The notes under the pieces are model-generated. The model saw nothing but the letters and a program-made list of their open reading frames with translations, was not told the origin of the DNA and searched no databases. Shown one piece after another: positions 19,774 to 29,380 of a DNA stretch of 64,000 bases (position 1 is the first letter of the stretch; each line of letters starts with the position of its first letter). The stretch lies in the NCBI GenBank assembly GCA_049303795.1, contig JBAQNM010000004.1:8623-72622 (forward strand). The letters run 5' to 3'. The translations under genes were made by a program, and so were the position numbers. Source of the stretch: Candidatus Moraniibacteriota bacterium. Its GTDB lineage: Bacteria > Patescibacteriota > Minisyncoccia > Moranbacterales > UBA2206.

Positions 19774-20847
19774 TTAATATCGCAAAATAGTTTCAAAGTT
19801 TTTTCGATCACTGGAATAGGCTTGCGCAACTTCTAGTGAAATCAAACCTCTCCGTACTAAATCAGCTAATGATTTGTCCATTGTTATCATTCCTTCGCCA
19901 GATCCAGTCTCAATCACATTAGCAATTTGATAACTTTTATTTTCTCTAATCAAATTTTCGACGGCATGATTCTTAATCATTAATTCAACAGCAGGGACTC
20001 TTCCTTCTTTATCAATTCTCGGAATTAATCTTTGAGAAACAACTGCCAAAAGCACATTAGCTAATTGGGATCTGATTTGATTTTGTTGATGAGCTGGAAA
20101 AACATCCACGATTCTATCAATTGTTTGAGCTGCATCATTTGTATGCAATGTACCAAAAATCAGATGACCTGTTTCTGCCGCAGTTATAGCTGCACTGATT
20201 GTGTCTAGATCACGCATTTCACCAATCAAAATTACATTGGCATCTTCACGAAAAACCGCTTTTAAAGCTGACTGAAAAGATTCTGTATCTTGATAAACTT
20301 CTCTTTGATTGATTATTGAACGATCTTGCTCGTAAACATACTCAATTGGCTCTTCGATTGTTACAATATGCTTCTCCTCTCTATGATTTATTTCATTAAT
20401 CAACGCTGCCAGAGTTGTTGATTTCCCATGTCCAACCGGACCAACCATTAAAAGTAGCCCCTGAGAAACTTTAGTAAAATCATACAAAATATCCGGCATG
20501 TTCAATTCTTCCAATGTTTTTATTTCTTTGGAAATTAAGCGAAATGCAATACTGGTATAGCCTTGCTGAAAAAAAGCGTTAACACGAAAACGCACTTTGT
20601 CTTCAAGGTTATAGGAAAAATCAACTTGACCATCTTTTTCCATTTTCTTTTTTCTTTCCTCATCCAAAATAACTTCAAAGATTTCATGCGTATCATTTGG
20701 CGTTAAAATTGAATCTTGATTCAGAGGATAGAGTTTTCCATCAATTCGATAGGTTGGATAACGCCCAACAACAAGATGCAAATCTGAGGCACCTCTCTGA
20801 GCCGCTATCCTCAAAAGGTTTTTTATTTTTTGTTCAGTTCTTAACAT
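19774..20847 (-). CDS. pilT: Twitching-motility retraction ATPase
   Basis: Walker A GPVGHGKSTTLAA, with Asp and His boxes. 357 aa. Confidence 0.9.
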   Translation of the reverse strand: MLRTEQKIKNLLRIAAQRGASDLHLVVGRYPTYRIDGKLYPLNQDSILTPNDTHEIFEVILDEERKKKMEKDGQVDFSYNLEDKVRFRVNAFFQQGYTSIAFRLISKEIKTLEELNMPDILYDFTKVSQGLLLMVGPVGHGKSTTLAALINEINHREEKHIVTIEEPIEYVYEQDRSIINQREVYQDTESFQSALKAVFREDANVILIGEMRDLDTISAAITAAETGHLIFGTLHTNDAAQTIDRIVDVFPAHQQNQIRSQLANVLLAVVSQRLIPRIDKEGRVPAVELMIKNHAVENLIRENKSYQIANVIETGSGEGMITMDKSLADLVRRGLISLEVAQAYSSDRKNFETILRY

Positions 20848-20869
20848 AGTAGGATATTAAATTTGTTTT

Positions 20870-21253
20870 TTATTTTTTTAGATATTGAGCGATTTTTTCC
20901 AGGACCTCAGAAGGAGTAAAGTGTGATTTAATCAGATAATCATTGGCGCCCAAACCTAAACCTCTATCCACATCATCCTTTTGACTTAAATTAGTGAGTA
21001 ATACGACGGGAATATTTTTTAAACGCTCATCCTTTTTAATTTCCGCCAACATTTCTAATCCATCCATATATGGCATTAGAATATCCAGAAGCATTAGATC
21101 TGGAATATTATTATCATCCTTTAACTTTTCCAATCCTTCTATCCCATTACCTGCCGATATAACTGAAAAACCTTCTTGCGCTAACTTAGTATGATAAATA
21201 TCCATAACGAAAGTATCATCCTCAACAATCATTATTTTTTTCTTTTGTTCCAT
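20870..21253 (-). CDS. Standalone response-regulator receiver (CheY-like, PilH/PilG-like)
   Basis: MIVEDD...DLMLLDILMPYMDG...LKNIPVVLLT...K REC-domain hallmarks, with no output domain. Confidence 0.8.
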   Translation of the reverse strand: MEQKKKIMIVEDDTFVMDIYHTKLAQEGFSVISAGNGIEGLEKLKDDNNIPDLMLLDILMPYMDGLEMLAEIKKDERLKNIPVVLLTNLSQKDDVDRGLGLGANDYLIKSHFTPSEVLEKIAQYLKK

Positions 21254-21289
21254 AAAATTGAATAAATAATTAACTTAAAAAAAACGTGA

Positions 21290-22921
21290 CTAGCCAGTAT
21301 CTTCTGCTAGAGAAAAATTACATTCGGTCACACGCTCCACTTCTTCTATTGTAGTCAATCCCTTGAGTATTTTCAAGACCCCATCTTGTTCAATCGATAA
21401 AATACCAGAATTATCTCTTATTTTTTTTATCAAATCTTCATTTCCATGTTTTTCAATAATAATATTTCTCATTTCTTCTGTAATTAAAACTGCTTCATAA
21501 ATAGCTACGCGACCCTTAAGTCCTGTCCCATTGCAAGCCTCACAACCCTCACCATGATAAAATTTAATTCCATCAGTAATATCAACTCCTTGATTAGCCA
21601 ATTCTTCTTTCGAAATATTCTCGATCTTTTTTGCTACTAAACCACTTATAATAGGAGAAACTGTCCTTTCTTTTTTGCATTTCTCACAAATTCTACGTAC
21701 CAATCTTTGAGCAATCACCAAGCGAAGTGATGATGTCAATAAAAATGGTTCAATTCCCATATCAATCATACGAGGAATGGCCCCAATAGCTGTATTGGTA
21801 TGTAAAGTGGAAAACATTAAATGACCCGTAAGAGCAGCATGTACAGAGAGTTCTGCTGTCTCGGCATCTCGGATTTCTCCCACCATAATTACATTAGGAT
21901 CTTGACGTAGCACGGTACGCAATCCTGAAGCAAAAGTATAGCCAATTTCTGGTCGTATTTGACTTTGATTCATACCTTCAATAAAATACTCAACTGGATC
22001 TTCCAGTGTAATAATATTGCGATCCTCACTGTTTAATATTTTTAAGAGGGTGTAGAGTGTTGTTGATTTTCCACTGCCGGTTGGTCCAGTGAGTAAAATC
22101 ATCCCGAAAGTTTCTTTGATCGCTGATTTTATATCTTCTAAAGCTCTGCCAGCAAGTCCCAACATATCGACGCTACTTGTCCCGGTATCTTTATCCAAAA
22201 TTCTCATTACAACTTTTTCCCCGCTAACTACTGGTAAGGATGAAACACGAAAGTCAATATCCTTGCCTTTAAAATTAAGTCTAAAACGACCATCTTGAGG
22301 TTTTCTTTTTTCATCTATCTTTAGGTTTGCCAAAATTTTTATACGCGAAACAACTGCCGGACCAAGTTCAAGAGGAAAAATAAGGCTAACATGGAGCATT
22401 CCATCCACGCGAAAACGCACACGATAGTCTTTATCCATTGGTTCAACATGAATATCACTTGCCTTTCCCTCCACAGCGTGGCTAATCAACACCTCGACTA
22501 ATTTAGCCACAGGAGCGTCTTTCAAGTTCTCCATTTCACTCAATTTGTCATTTTTTTTCGCATCCTTCTCCGCCTTCTCATTTTTAGTGTTTTCGTCTTT
22601 AAAAGACTCGATAGCTTGATTTAAAGCTTCATTAGCCTCATCATAATGAGAAAAAAGTTCTAAAAATATTTTTTCCGAAACAATGTATGGTTCAACTTGC
22701 ATACTCTCCTTATCTGAAATAAAGCCCAAAACATTCAAGGCTTCTACATTCTCAGGATCAATCATGGCAACTTTTATTACCTTGTCCGTTTTTTCGAAAG
22801 CCATCATTTTATGCCTATCAGAAACCTCTTTCGGTATAATATTAACGACAGAACCAGGAATATTACGAGGTGCTTCTAATAAACTATTCACATTTTTTTC
22901 ATCGCTGATTCCGTCTTGCAT
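21290..22921 (-). CDS. pilB: Type IV pilus assembly ATPase (GspE family)
   Basis: Walker A GPTGSGKSTTL and C-terminal tetracysteine CEKC...CEAC. 543 aa. Confidence 0.9.
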   Translation of the reverse strand: MQDGISDEKNVNSLLEAPRNIPGSVVNIIPKEVSDRHKMMAFEKTDKVIKVAMIDPENVEALNVLGFISDKESMQVEPYIVSEKIFLELFSHYDEANEALNQAIESFKDENTKNEKAEKDAKKNDKLSEMENLKDAPVAKLVEVLISHAVEGKASDIHVEPMDKDYRVRFRVDGMLHVSLIFPLELGPAVVSRIKILANLKIDEKRKPQDGRFRLNFKGKDIDFRVSSLPVVSGEKVVMRILDKDTGTSSVDMLGLAGRALEDIKSAIKETFGMILLTGPTGSGKSTTLYTLLKILNSEDRNIITLEDPVEYFIEGMNQSQIRPEIGYTFASGLRTVLRQDPNVIMVGEIRDAETAELSVHAALTGHLMFSTLHTNTAIGAIPRMIDMGIEPFLLTSSLRLVIAQRLVRRICEKCKKERTVSPIISGLVAKKIENISKEELANQGVDITDGIKFYHGEGCEACNGTGLKGRVAIYEAVLITEEMRNIIIEKHGNEDLIKKIRDNSGILSIEQDGVLKILKGLTTIEEVERVTECNFSLAEDTG

Positions 22922-22929
22922 AGTTTTAT

Positions 22930-23760
22930 TTAGTTAGCTAGAAAAAATGGGTTGCTCTTACCACTATTTCCCGGTAACACGTTATTCAGCTCAATACTTT
23001 TATTCTTATCAATTTCCGCAATAACATCTTTACTGAAAACTCCATCAAAGAAAAAGTCGGTATTAATATCTTTTTCTTCAACTCTATAGTTATCAGCAAG
23101 GTAATTAAACTCTAATTCAGCAATCATTTGCAAGCTATCACTTAAACTTTCATCTTCCTTTTTTGTTGTTTTTATTTCCAAGCTAGAAACCTTGTTGAAT
23201 CTTTTAACTTTACTAAGACTATCTAAAAGGGCCATTTCATCAGCATATGTACCAAGCACAGACACTTTAGCAATAACCTTACGCGGATTAACCACATCGA
23301 AAGGCAACTTAGCTTCTGAATTTAAGACTGCAGCATTTTCAACATCAGGAGAAGTGCCTGCGGCTATCGCTGCCAAAGAAGAATCCACCTGATCAACAAC
23401 TTCCACGACAGGTGCAATCTCGACAGGCACATCCGATAAAGAAATATTCAAAACAGCCAAATTGTTTTTAATCGCTATTGAATTAATATTTTCAAAAATC
23501 TTCTCATCTTCTTTATCTGCTGGTATATAACTAAGAAGAGTATTTTTCCCGCTGACATCGGCATCCAAATCACTCGCCAATTTTTTTACATTATCATATC
23601 GATCACTCAACTTCTCTGATAATCGCTTCTGTTCTTTTAGTTTTTGATATTTTTCCTTAACACCATCAACTCCATTTGTATATGCGGGATAAACAGTCCA
23701 AATGAAAAAAGCTGCAGCTATGACTAATAATGACGGGGCTAATAATAATTTTATTTTCAT
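22930..23760 (-). CDS. PilO-like inner-membrane pilus assembly protein
   Basis: N-terminal TM helix plus coiled-coil. Sits between pilN-like and pilB. Confidence 0.55.
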   Translation of the reverse strand: MKIKLLLAPSLLVIAAAFFIWTVYPAYTNGVDGVKEKYQKLKEQKRLSEKLSDRYDNVKKLASDLDADVSGKNTLLSYIPADKEDEKIFENINSIAIKNNLAVLNISLSDVPVEIAPVVEVVDQVDSSLAAIAAGTSPDVENAAVLNSEAKLPFDVVNPRKVIAKVSVLGTYADEMALLDSLSKVKRFNKVSSLEIKTTKKEDESLSDSLQMIAELEFNYLADNYRVEEKDINTDFFFDGVFSKDVIAEIDKNKSIELNNVLPGNSGKSNPFFLAN

Positions 23761-23766
23761 ATATTT

Positions 23767-24282
23767 TTATTTAATTGCTAGGATAATTGAAAAATTAATA
23801 GTACCCTTTAATAGGTCCAGTTTAGTTTCTCCAGATGAAACAGAGGAAAAATAGTCAGAACTTTTAAATCCCATAATCTGCTTAGCTATCGCTTCATAAT
23901 TATTAGCATAACAATCAAGAGTTATTGTGCGGCTAACTTCATCATACTTATATGAATCAACATATGTACCGTCATTAATAGTAGCTGCTACCGCATTAAG
24001 ATCTTGATTCATATTTCGTTCTTCACCAATCAAACTATTCGCAACAAGCAATCTATTTTGAAAACCCATTACCTTTCTTGCTTCCTCTCCAGTTACGAAG
24101 TTTGAGCGTTGACTATCGAATTGCGTAGCAAAACTATCAATATTTTTTTGCAAATATTTTCCATAAAATATTAACCCGAAATAAACCAAAATAACTAGCA
24201 GTAATACTGCTGCTAATTTCAAGGTTCCTGCGCCAATTATACTCTCCCTCCTTTGTGTTGTGGCTAAATTTAAATTATCCAT
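23767..24282 (-). CDS. PilN-like pilus assembly protein
   Basis: Short cytoplasmic N-terminus, single TM (LKLAAVLLLVILVYFGLIFYG) and a periplasmic domain. Follows pilM. Confidence 0.6.
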   Translation of the reverse strand: MDNLNLATTQRRESIIGAGTLKLAAVLLLVILVYFGLIFYGKYLQKNIDSFATQFDSQRSNFVTGEEARKVMGFQNRLLVANSLIGEERNMNQDLNAVAATINDGTYVDSYKYDEVSRTITLDCYANNYEAIAKQIMGFKSSDYFSSVSSGETKLDLLKGTINFSIILAIK

Positions 24283-24303
24283 CTTTTTATTTTAATAATT
24301 ATT

Positions 24304-25437
24304 TTAATTTGCTTTTTCTTTTAAATATTCATCAACGCCACCGATTGCCGATCCAATACAAATTGAAAACTTTGATCGGATATCTGAAATTATTGGCTCC
24401 AAAACAGGATCATACTTAATTTTACTAAGCGGGTTACCAATCATTGTTTTTATTTTTAATTTATCAGAAAAATAATCAGAAATACCCACCATGCTAGCTG
24501 TTCCACCAGAAAGAATAATGGCATCTATTTTTTTCTCATCATTATCTTTGGTATATGCTTTTATTATTCTACTAACCTCTCCTGTTATTGTTTCTAGTGC
24601 AAAAAAACTAATTGGAGAATTTTGTTCAAAAAAGTTTTTTTCAGAAGTTTTAAGCTCTGAAGCTCTTTCATTGTCGATCCCCATACCTTTAGCAATCGTT
24701 TTTGTTATATCAAGCCCACCGGCATTAATTGTCCTGTTTACCTTAATAATCCCCCTTTCTACCAATATGGCGTTACAAATATTCGCACCAATATCAACTA
24801 TCACAAAACTTCCTGGATCATTCCCGATTAGGGCGCGAACGATTGGAAATGTTTCCAAATTAATAGCTCTCAGATTTAGTCCGGCAGTTTTAATTAAATT
24901 TTCATACTTCATCACCTTTTCCTTTGATGCAACAATAAGAAGAACCTGAAGCATAACATCATTGCCTGTTTTTTCATCTTCTTCTTTTTTTAAAACATCG
25001 TCATTCAAATTAACAACTGGGACATTTTTTGACACCTGCTTTTTTCCAATAACTTCCCAATTAATAACCACGTCATCTAAGGATGTTGGGATGTGCTTTT
25101 GCGCCTCAAATCTGATAGCTTGCTCCATATCATCGCTAGCTATTTCTGGAAAATCTATAAGCATAATCAGACCGCTGAAAGACGGCAAGGAAATATACAC
25201 GTTCTTTCCTTTAATATTAGCTTTTTTCAATATCTTTTTTAATAAGCGTGGCAAGGCAGCGTAAAAATATTCGGAATTCACATCCCCTTTTCCTGACATA
25301 CTTTCACCTAAAGACATCCATGCATAATTAGAGAGCACGGGACTGCCATTAACAACTTTCAACTCAACAACCTTAACAGAAGAAGTTCCAATATCAACTC
25401 CTATAAATGTATCATTTCCAAAAATTGACTCAAACAT
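24304..25437 (-). CDS. pilM: Type IV pilus assembly ATPase-like actin-fold protein
   Basis: IGVDIGTSSVKVVEL actin-like phosphate-1 motif. 377 aa. Confidence 0.85.
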   Translation of the reverse strand: MFESIFGNDTFIGVDIGTSSVKVVELKVVNGSPVLSNYAWMSLGESMSGKGDVNSEYFYAALPRLLKKILKKANIKGKNVYISLPSFSGLIMLIDFPEIASDDMEQAIRFEAQKHIPTSLDDVVINWEVIGKKQVSKNVPVVNLNDDVLKKEEDEKTGNDVMLQVLLIVASKEKVMKYENLIKTAGLNLRAINLETFPIVRALIGNDPGSFVIVDIGANICNAILVERGIIKVNRTINAGGLDITKTIAKGMGIDNERASELKTSEKNFFEQNSPISFFALETITGEVSRIIKAYTKDNDEKKIDAIILSGGTASMVGISDYFSDKLKIKTMIGNPLSKIKYDPVLEPIISDIRSKFSICIGSAIGGVDEYLKEKAN

Positions 25438-25477
25438 TAAATTATTTTTTAGTTTCTATTTTAATAAATATATTATA

Positions 25478-25498
25478 GCATGTTTTGATAAAACATGT
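25478..25498. promoter_or_regulatory. Inverted repeat (catgtttt-gat-aaaacatg), candidate operator upstream of pilM
   Basis: Perfect 8-bp arms with a 3-nt spacer, about 45 nt upstream of the pilM start, in the divergent pilM/clpC intergenic region. Confidence 0.35.
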
Positions 25499-25605
25499 AA
25501 ATATTCTTTCAAGTCATTACATAAACACTTTTTTTCACAATCATTCCCTACTCATATTAGCACAAAGATACGAGACCTCAAATAGCTCATTTAAAAAAAT
25601 TTAAG

Positions 25606-25634
25606 TTGACATTTCTGCTTTTTAAAAATAGACT
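25606..25634 (+). promoter_or_regulatory. sigma70-like promoter for clpC (TTGACA-17-TAGACT)
   Basis: TTGACA at 25606-25611, a 17-nt spacer, then TAGACT at 25629-25634. Confidence 0.45.
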
Positions 25635-25670
25635 ATTAATTGATATATAAACTACTTTTAATTTAATAAT

Positions 25671-28151
25671 ATGTCCACACCAGATAATACTTTTCTAGAT
25701 TATAAAACTACTAGTCAAAAAATGACCACGCATGCTAAGAATGCTCTCTCTGAGGCTTTTAGGATTGCAAAAAAAGCCCAAGTATCGGAAATTACTGATC
25801 TGCATTTATTTTTCGCTATCTATTTGGAAACGGGCAGTCTTGGCTCTAATATTTTAAAAGAATTTGGTATTGAAGATAAGCATTTTAAAAATTTCCCAGA
25901 ACTCGGAGCGCCAAAAAATAGCGCGTCAAGAAATATCACGCCAATATTATCGCCATTGTTAAAATCTATTTTAGTTAAGGCTTATGCTATCGCCAAAAAT
26001 TTTGGATACCCCTATGTTGGAACCGAACATCTAGTTTATGCTATTTTAGAAAAACCAGAAAAATCAATCAGGGAGATTTTAACGACCGTAGGCTGGAAAA
26101 AAAATCATCCGCCTATACAGTTAATCAATGATCCGGCTATTTTGGATATAGTTAAAATGCTTGATTTTCCTGTTCTAACTATGAAAAAAAGTGAGCAAAA
26201 AAATAATCCCAATTTAGCCAAATACTGCGTCGATTTAAATGAAAAAACTAAAAAGCGAAAAGAAGTAATTATTGGCAGAGAAAGTGAGCTTAAAAGGATT
26301 ATTAATATACTTGGCCGAAAAAATAAAAATAACCCCCTCCTAATAGGGCCACCAGGCATTGGCAAGACAGCTATTATTTCACAGCTAGCGCACTTAATTA
26401 ACACTGATGCTATTCCTCCATTTCTTTTAGGTAAGAAGATTTTCAATTTAGATGTTGCCGCGCTCATAGCTGGAACCGGTTTTCGTGGAGAATTCGAATC
26501 GCGTCTCAAAAATATTCTCAACGAAATTGCCAATGATAAAAATATCATTCTTTTTATTGATGAAATTCATAATATCATTGGAGCAGGAAATATTTCCGGC
26601 AGTCTTGATTTGGCCAATATCCTCAAGCCGGCTCTTTCTAGCGGTGAAATTCAAATCATTGGTGCTACGACGCAATCAGAACATAAAAGACATTTTGAAA
26701 AAGATTCCGCACTTGATCGTCGCTTTCAACCAATCCACATCAACGAACCAAATACAGCTGAAACAAAAACTATTCTTTCCGGCATAAAAACTCAATATGA
26801 AAATTTTCATAACGTTATGATTTCTGAAAAAATAATCGATTTAATTGTTGAGTTAAGTGACCACTATCTAAAAGATCGTTTTTTTCCAGATAAAGCCATC
26901 GATGTCCTAGATGAAGCTGCCGCTAATCTTCGTGCTAAAAATGAGCTATCCCTTAATGCAAAAAAGATTCGCACATTAGAAAAAAAACTCAACGAATTAT
27001 TTTGGCAGAAAGAAGCTTTGCTTAGTGAGCAAAATTTTCAAAAAGCACTCGAGCTTAAAGATCAGGAAGATCTATTGAAAGAGCAGATTAAAAAATTTAA
27101 AACTAACAAGGAAGTTGAAAAAAAACGCCCTCTAACTGAAGACGACATAACAGAAACAGTGGCCCATATCTCTCATATTCCAAAAAGCAAGCTGGCCCAG
27201 GAAAAAAACTCTAAAATCGAAAATGTAAAAAATATTCTCTCAAATAAAATCATCGGGCAAGATGAGGCAGTTGAAAAAATATCGAGTGTGCTTATTCGTT
27301 CTCAATTTGGCTTGGGTAGTTTCGATCGCCCACTTGGCTCCTTTCTTTTTCTTGGTCCCAGCGGAACAGGCAAAACGCTTACTGCACAAATCCTAGCTCA
27401 AGAATTTTTCGGCTCATCTGCTAATGGGAGACAAGCTTTAATCCGTATCGATATGAGCGAATTCATGGAGCGTCACAGCATTTCGGGACTAATTGGCTCT
27501 CCTGCTGGCTATATTGGTTTTGGTGAAGGAGGAAGATTAACTGAAAAAGTGCGTCGCCAGCCACATTCAGTTGTGCTTTTTGATGAAATAGAAAAAGCCC
27601 ATCCAGATGTTTTTAATCTACTCCTGCAAATACTTGAAGATGGGATTCTAACCGATGCCAGCGGACTTGAAGTTAATTTTAAAAATACTATTATTATCCT
27701 CACTTCCAATATTGATGTTTCTGATATAACACTTTCGCGAAAACTAGGGTTTAAGGAAAATGACAATCTTGAATTGACCGATAGAGATCAAAAAGAAAGC
27801 ATACTGATGGATAAGTTAAGTGATAAAATAAAACCGGAAATTTTAAATCGTCTAGATCACTTAGTTGTTTTTAACGCCCTAAAGAAAAAAGATCTGGAAA
27901 AAATAACAGAACTAGAATTAGAAAAACTAAAAAATCGACTAGAAAAGCAAAATTTAAAAATAACTTTCTCTAAAAAAATATTCTCTTTCATTGCTGAAAA
28001 AAGCTTCAATGATAAATTCGGCGCAAGACTGATTCGCAGAAATATTCAAAAACTAATTGAAGAAAAAATTGCTAAACTAATTATGCAAGACGCATTTAGA
28101 AATAATGCCTTAAATATTTCAGTAAAGAATAATGAAATAATTTTAAAATAA
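25671..28151 (+). CDS. clpC: AAA+ chaperone ATPase ClpC/ClpB family
   Basis: Two nucleotide-binding domains (GPPGIGKTAI; GPSGTGKT), Clp N-domain repeats and a short coiled-coil linker. 826 aa. Confidence 0.9.
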   Translation: MSTPDNTFLDYKTTSQKMTTHAKNALSEAFRIAKKAQVSEITDLHLFFAIYLETGSLGSNILKEFGIEDKHFKNFPELGAPKNSASRNITPILSPLLKSILVKAYAIAKNFGYPYVGTEHLVYAILEKPEKSIREILTTVGWKKNHPPIQLINDPAILDIVKMLDFPVLTMKKSEQKNNPNLAKYCVDLNEKTKKRKEVIIGRESELKRIINILGRKNKNNPLLIGPPGIGKTAIISQLAHLINTDAIPPFLLGKKIFNLDVAALIAGTGFRGEFESRLKNILNEIANDKNIILFIDEIHNIIGAGNISGSLDLANILKPALSSGEIQIIGATTQSEHKRHFEKDSALDRRFQPIHINEPNTAETKTILSGIKTQYENFHNVMISEKIIDLIVELSDHYLKDRFFPDKAIDVLDEAAANLRAKNELSLNAKKIRTLEKKLNELFWQKEALLSEQNFQKALELKDQEDLLKEQIKKFKTNKEVEKKRPLTEDDITETVAHISHIPKSKLAQEKNSKIENVKNILSNKIIGQDEAVEKISSVLIRSQFGLGSFDRPLGSFLFLGPSGTGKTLTAQILAQEFFGSSANGRQALIRIDMSEFMERHSISGLIGSPAGYIGFGEGGRLTEKVRRQPHSVVLFDEIEKAHPDVFNLLLQILEDGILTDASGLEVNFKNTIIILTSNIDVSDITLSRKLGFKENDNLELTDRDQKESILMDKLSDKIKPEILNRLDHLVVFNALKKKDLEKITELELEKLKNRLEKQNLKITFSKKIFSFIAEKSFNDKFGARLIRRNIQKLIEEKIAKLIMQDAFRNNALNISVKNNEIILK

Positions 28152-28200
28152 AATCATAAAAAGCTTAGCAAAATACACGCAAAAAACAAATGCTTTCGTT

Positions 28201-28917
28201 TTAGATACACTCTTCCCAATTTCTTGCCTTCTTTGCCAAAAAGAAAATACTTGGCTCTGTGCCGAATGCGTAAAAAAAATAGAGCTGCTTTCTTTCCAAC
28301 TTTGTCCATATTGTGAAAAAGAAATCACCCAAAATGGCTGCGTTTGCAAAAAATGTGAGATTAAAAATTTGAAAGATAATTCCCTGCCAGCGCTTGATTG
28401 CCTACTTTGTGCCACAGAATATCAATCTATTTCCAAGCTGGTTCATCTATTTAAATATAATTTTGTTTCTGATTTAGGAGAACCTTTAGGAAATATAATC
28501 ACTCGTATAATTTTGAAAAACACCCTACCACTTCCTGATTTGATTATTCCTATTCCTATCCATAAACGCAAACTAAAATGGCGTGGTTTTAATCAAGCCG
28601 AGATTCTCGCCCAAGTTGTCAGTCAAAATCTGAAAGCAGCTTCTGAAATTCCTATTCGCACCGATCTGATTTATCGTAAAAAACACACCAAAGCCCAAAT
28701 GGAAATAAAAACCTACCAAGAAAGATTAAATAATTTATTTAATGCTTTTACTTTATTTGAAAACACACAAAAAATCATCAATGGGAAAAACATACTTTTA
28801 ATTGATGATATTACCACAACCGGAACGACTCTATTTGAATGTGCTAAGATTCTTAAATCCGCTGGAGCAAAAACTGTTAATGGTGCAATTATTGCAAGAC
28901 AAAAAATAAATTCATAG
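28201..28917 (+). CDS. comF: ComF-family phosphoribosyltransferase (competence protein F-like); start unresolved
   Basis: N-terminal zinc ribbon (CLLC...CAEC...CPYC...CKKC) and PRTase motif ILLIDDITTTGTT. No canonical in-frame start. The ATG at 28190 is out of frame across a T4 run at 28199-28202. Confidence 0.7.
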   Translation, partial: LDTLFPISCLLCQKENTWLCAECVKKIELLSFQLCPYCEKEITQNGCVCKKCEIKNLKDNSLPALDCLLCATEYQSISKLVHLFKYNFVSDLGEPLGNIITRIILKNTLPLPDLIIPIPIHKRKLKWRGFNQAEILAQVVSQNLKAASEIPIRTDLIYRKKHTKAQMEIKTYQERLNNLFNAFTLFENTQKIINGKNILLIDDITTTGTTLFECAKILKSAGAKTVNGAIIARQKINS

Positions 28918-28931
28918 TCAATATTATTTAG

Positions 28932-29002
28932 TCGGGCTGCTGAGAATCGAACTCAGTCTACATCCACCCCATGGACGCGTACTACCGGTATACTACAGCC
29001 CG
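28932..29002 (-). tRNA. tRNA-Pro (GGG)
   Basis: CGGGCTGTAGTAT..ATGGGGT..TTCGATT..CAGCCCGA. Confidence 0.8.
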
Positions 29003-29126
29003 CGGAAGTACTTTTATTTTTGCTGGATCCAGAAGTTTTTTATAAGACATGACATGCAGCTTAAACCTATTCGTTCCTGTAAATCTACCTTGATATAGTT
29101 ATCCATGCTTTATAATATAGTAAATG

Positions 29127-29213
29127 CGGAGAGAGTGAGATTCGAACTCACGGTACCTTTTACAGTACGACAGTTTTCAAGACTGTTGCCTTAAACCACT
29201 CGGCCATCTCTCC
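29127..29213 (-). tRNA. tRNA-Ser (TGA)
   Basis: GGAGAGATGGCCGAGTGGTTTAAGGC..CTTGAAA.. with a long variable arm, then GAGTTCGAATCTCAC..TCTCTCCG. Confidence 0.85.
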
Positions 29214-29235
29214 AAAATTAAAAACTTCAAATACA

Positions 29236-29365
29236 TGCAGAGAGGCAGGGATTCGGTCACGCATAAGTTTTCTTGCGAAAATTTGCTCGACCCCGACTCG
29301 CGCCTTCGCGCTCCGTCTTTCGAATCCCTCCACAAGCCAAATCGTTGATTTGCTCCTCTCCTTAT
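29236..29365 (-). other. tRNA-Ser-like structured remnant / candidate small RNA
   Basis: The minus strand begins GGAGAGG and ends GAATCCCTGCCTCTCT (tRNA-Ser-like ends). Internally it has an 11-bp inverted repeat GGAGGGATTCG/CGAATCCCTGCC and GC-rich hairpins. It is GC-richer than its surroundings. Confidence 0.3.
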
Positions 29366-29380
29366 TCACTTTGTTCACGG

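Noticed and set aside
24491-25264. Two ~100-150-aa plus-strand ORFs
   Set aside because: Antisense to pilM; Ser/Ile/Phe-rich mirror frames.
25440-25670. CIRCE or CtsR box upstream of clpC
   Set aside because: 'ttagcacaa' appears, but no matching inverted half-site at N9 and no GGTCAAA heptad repeats. Only a generic sigma70-like promoter is supported.
26105-26787. ORFs of 75-147 aa on both strands
   Set aside because: Alternative frames, antisense or out of frame, inside clpC.
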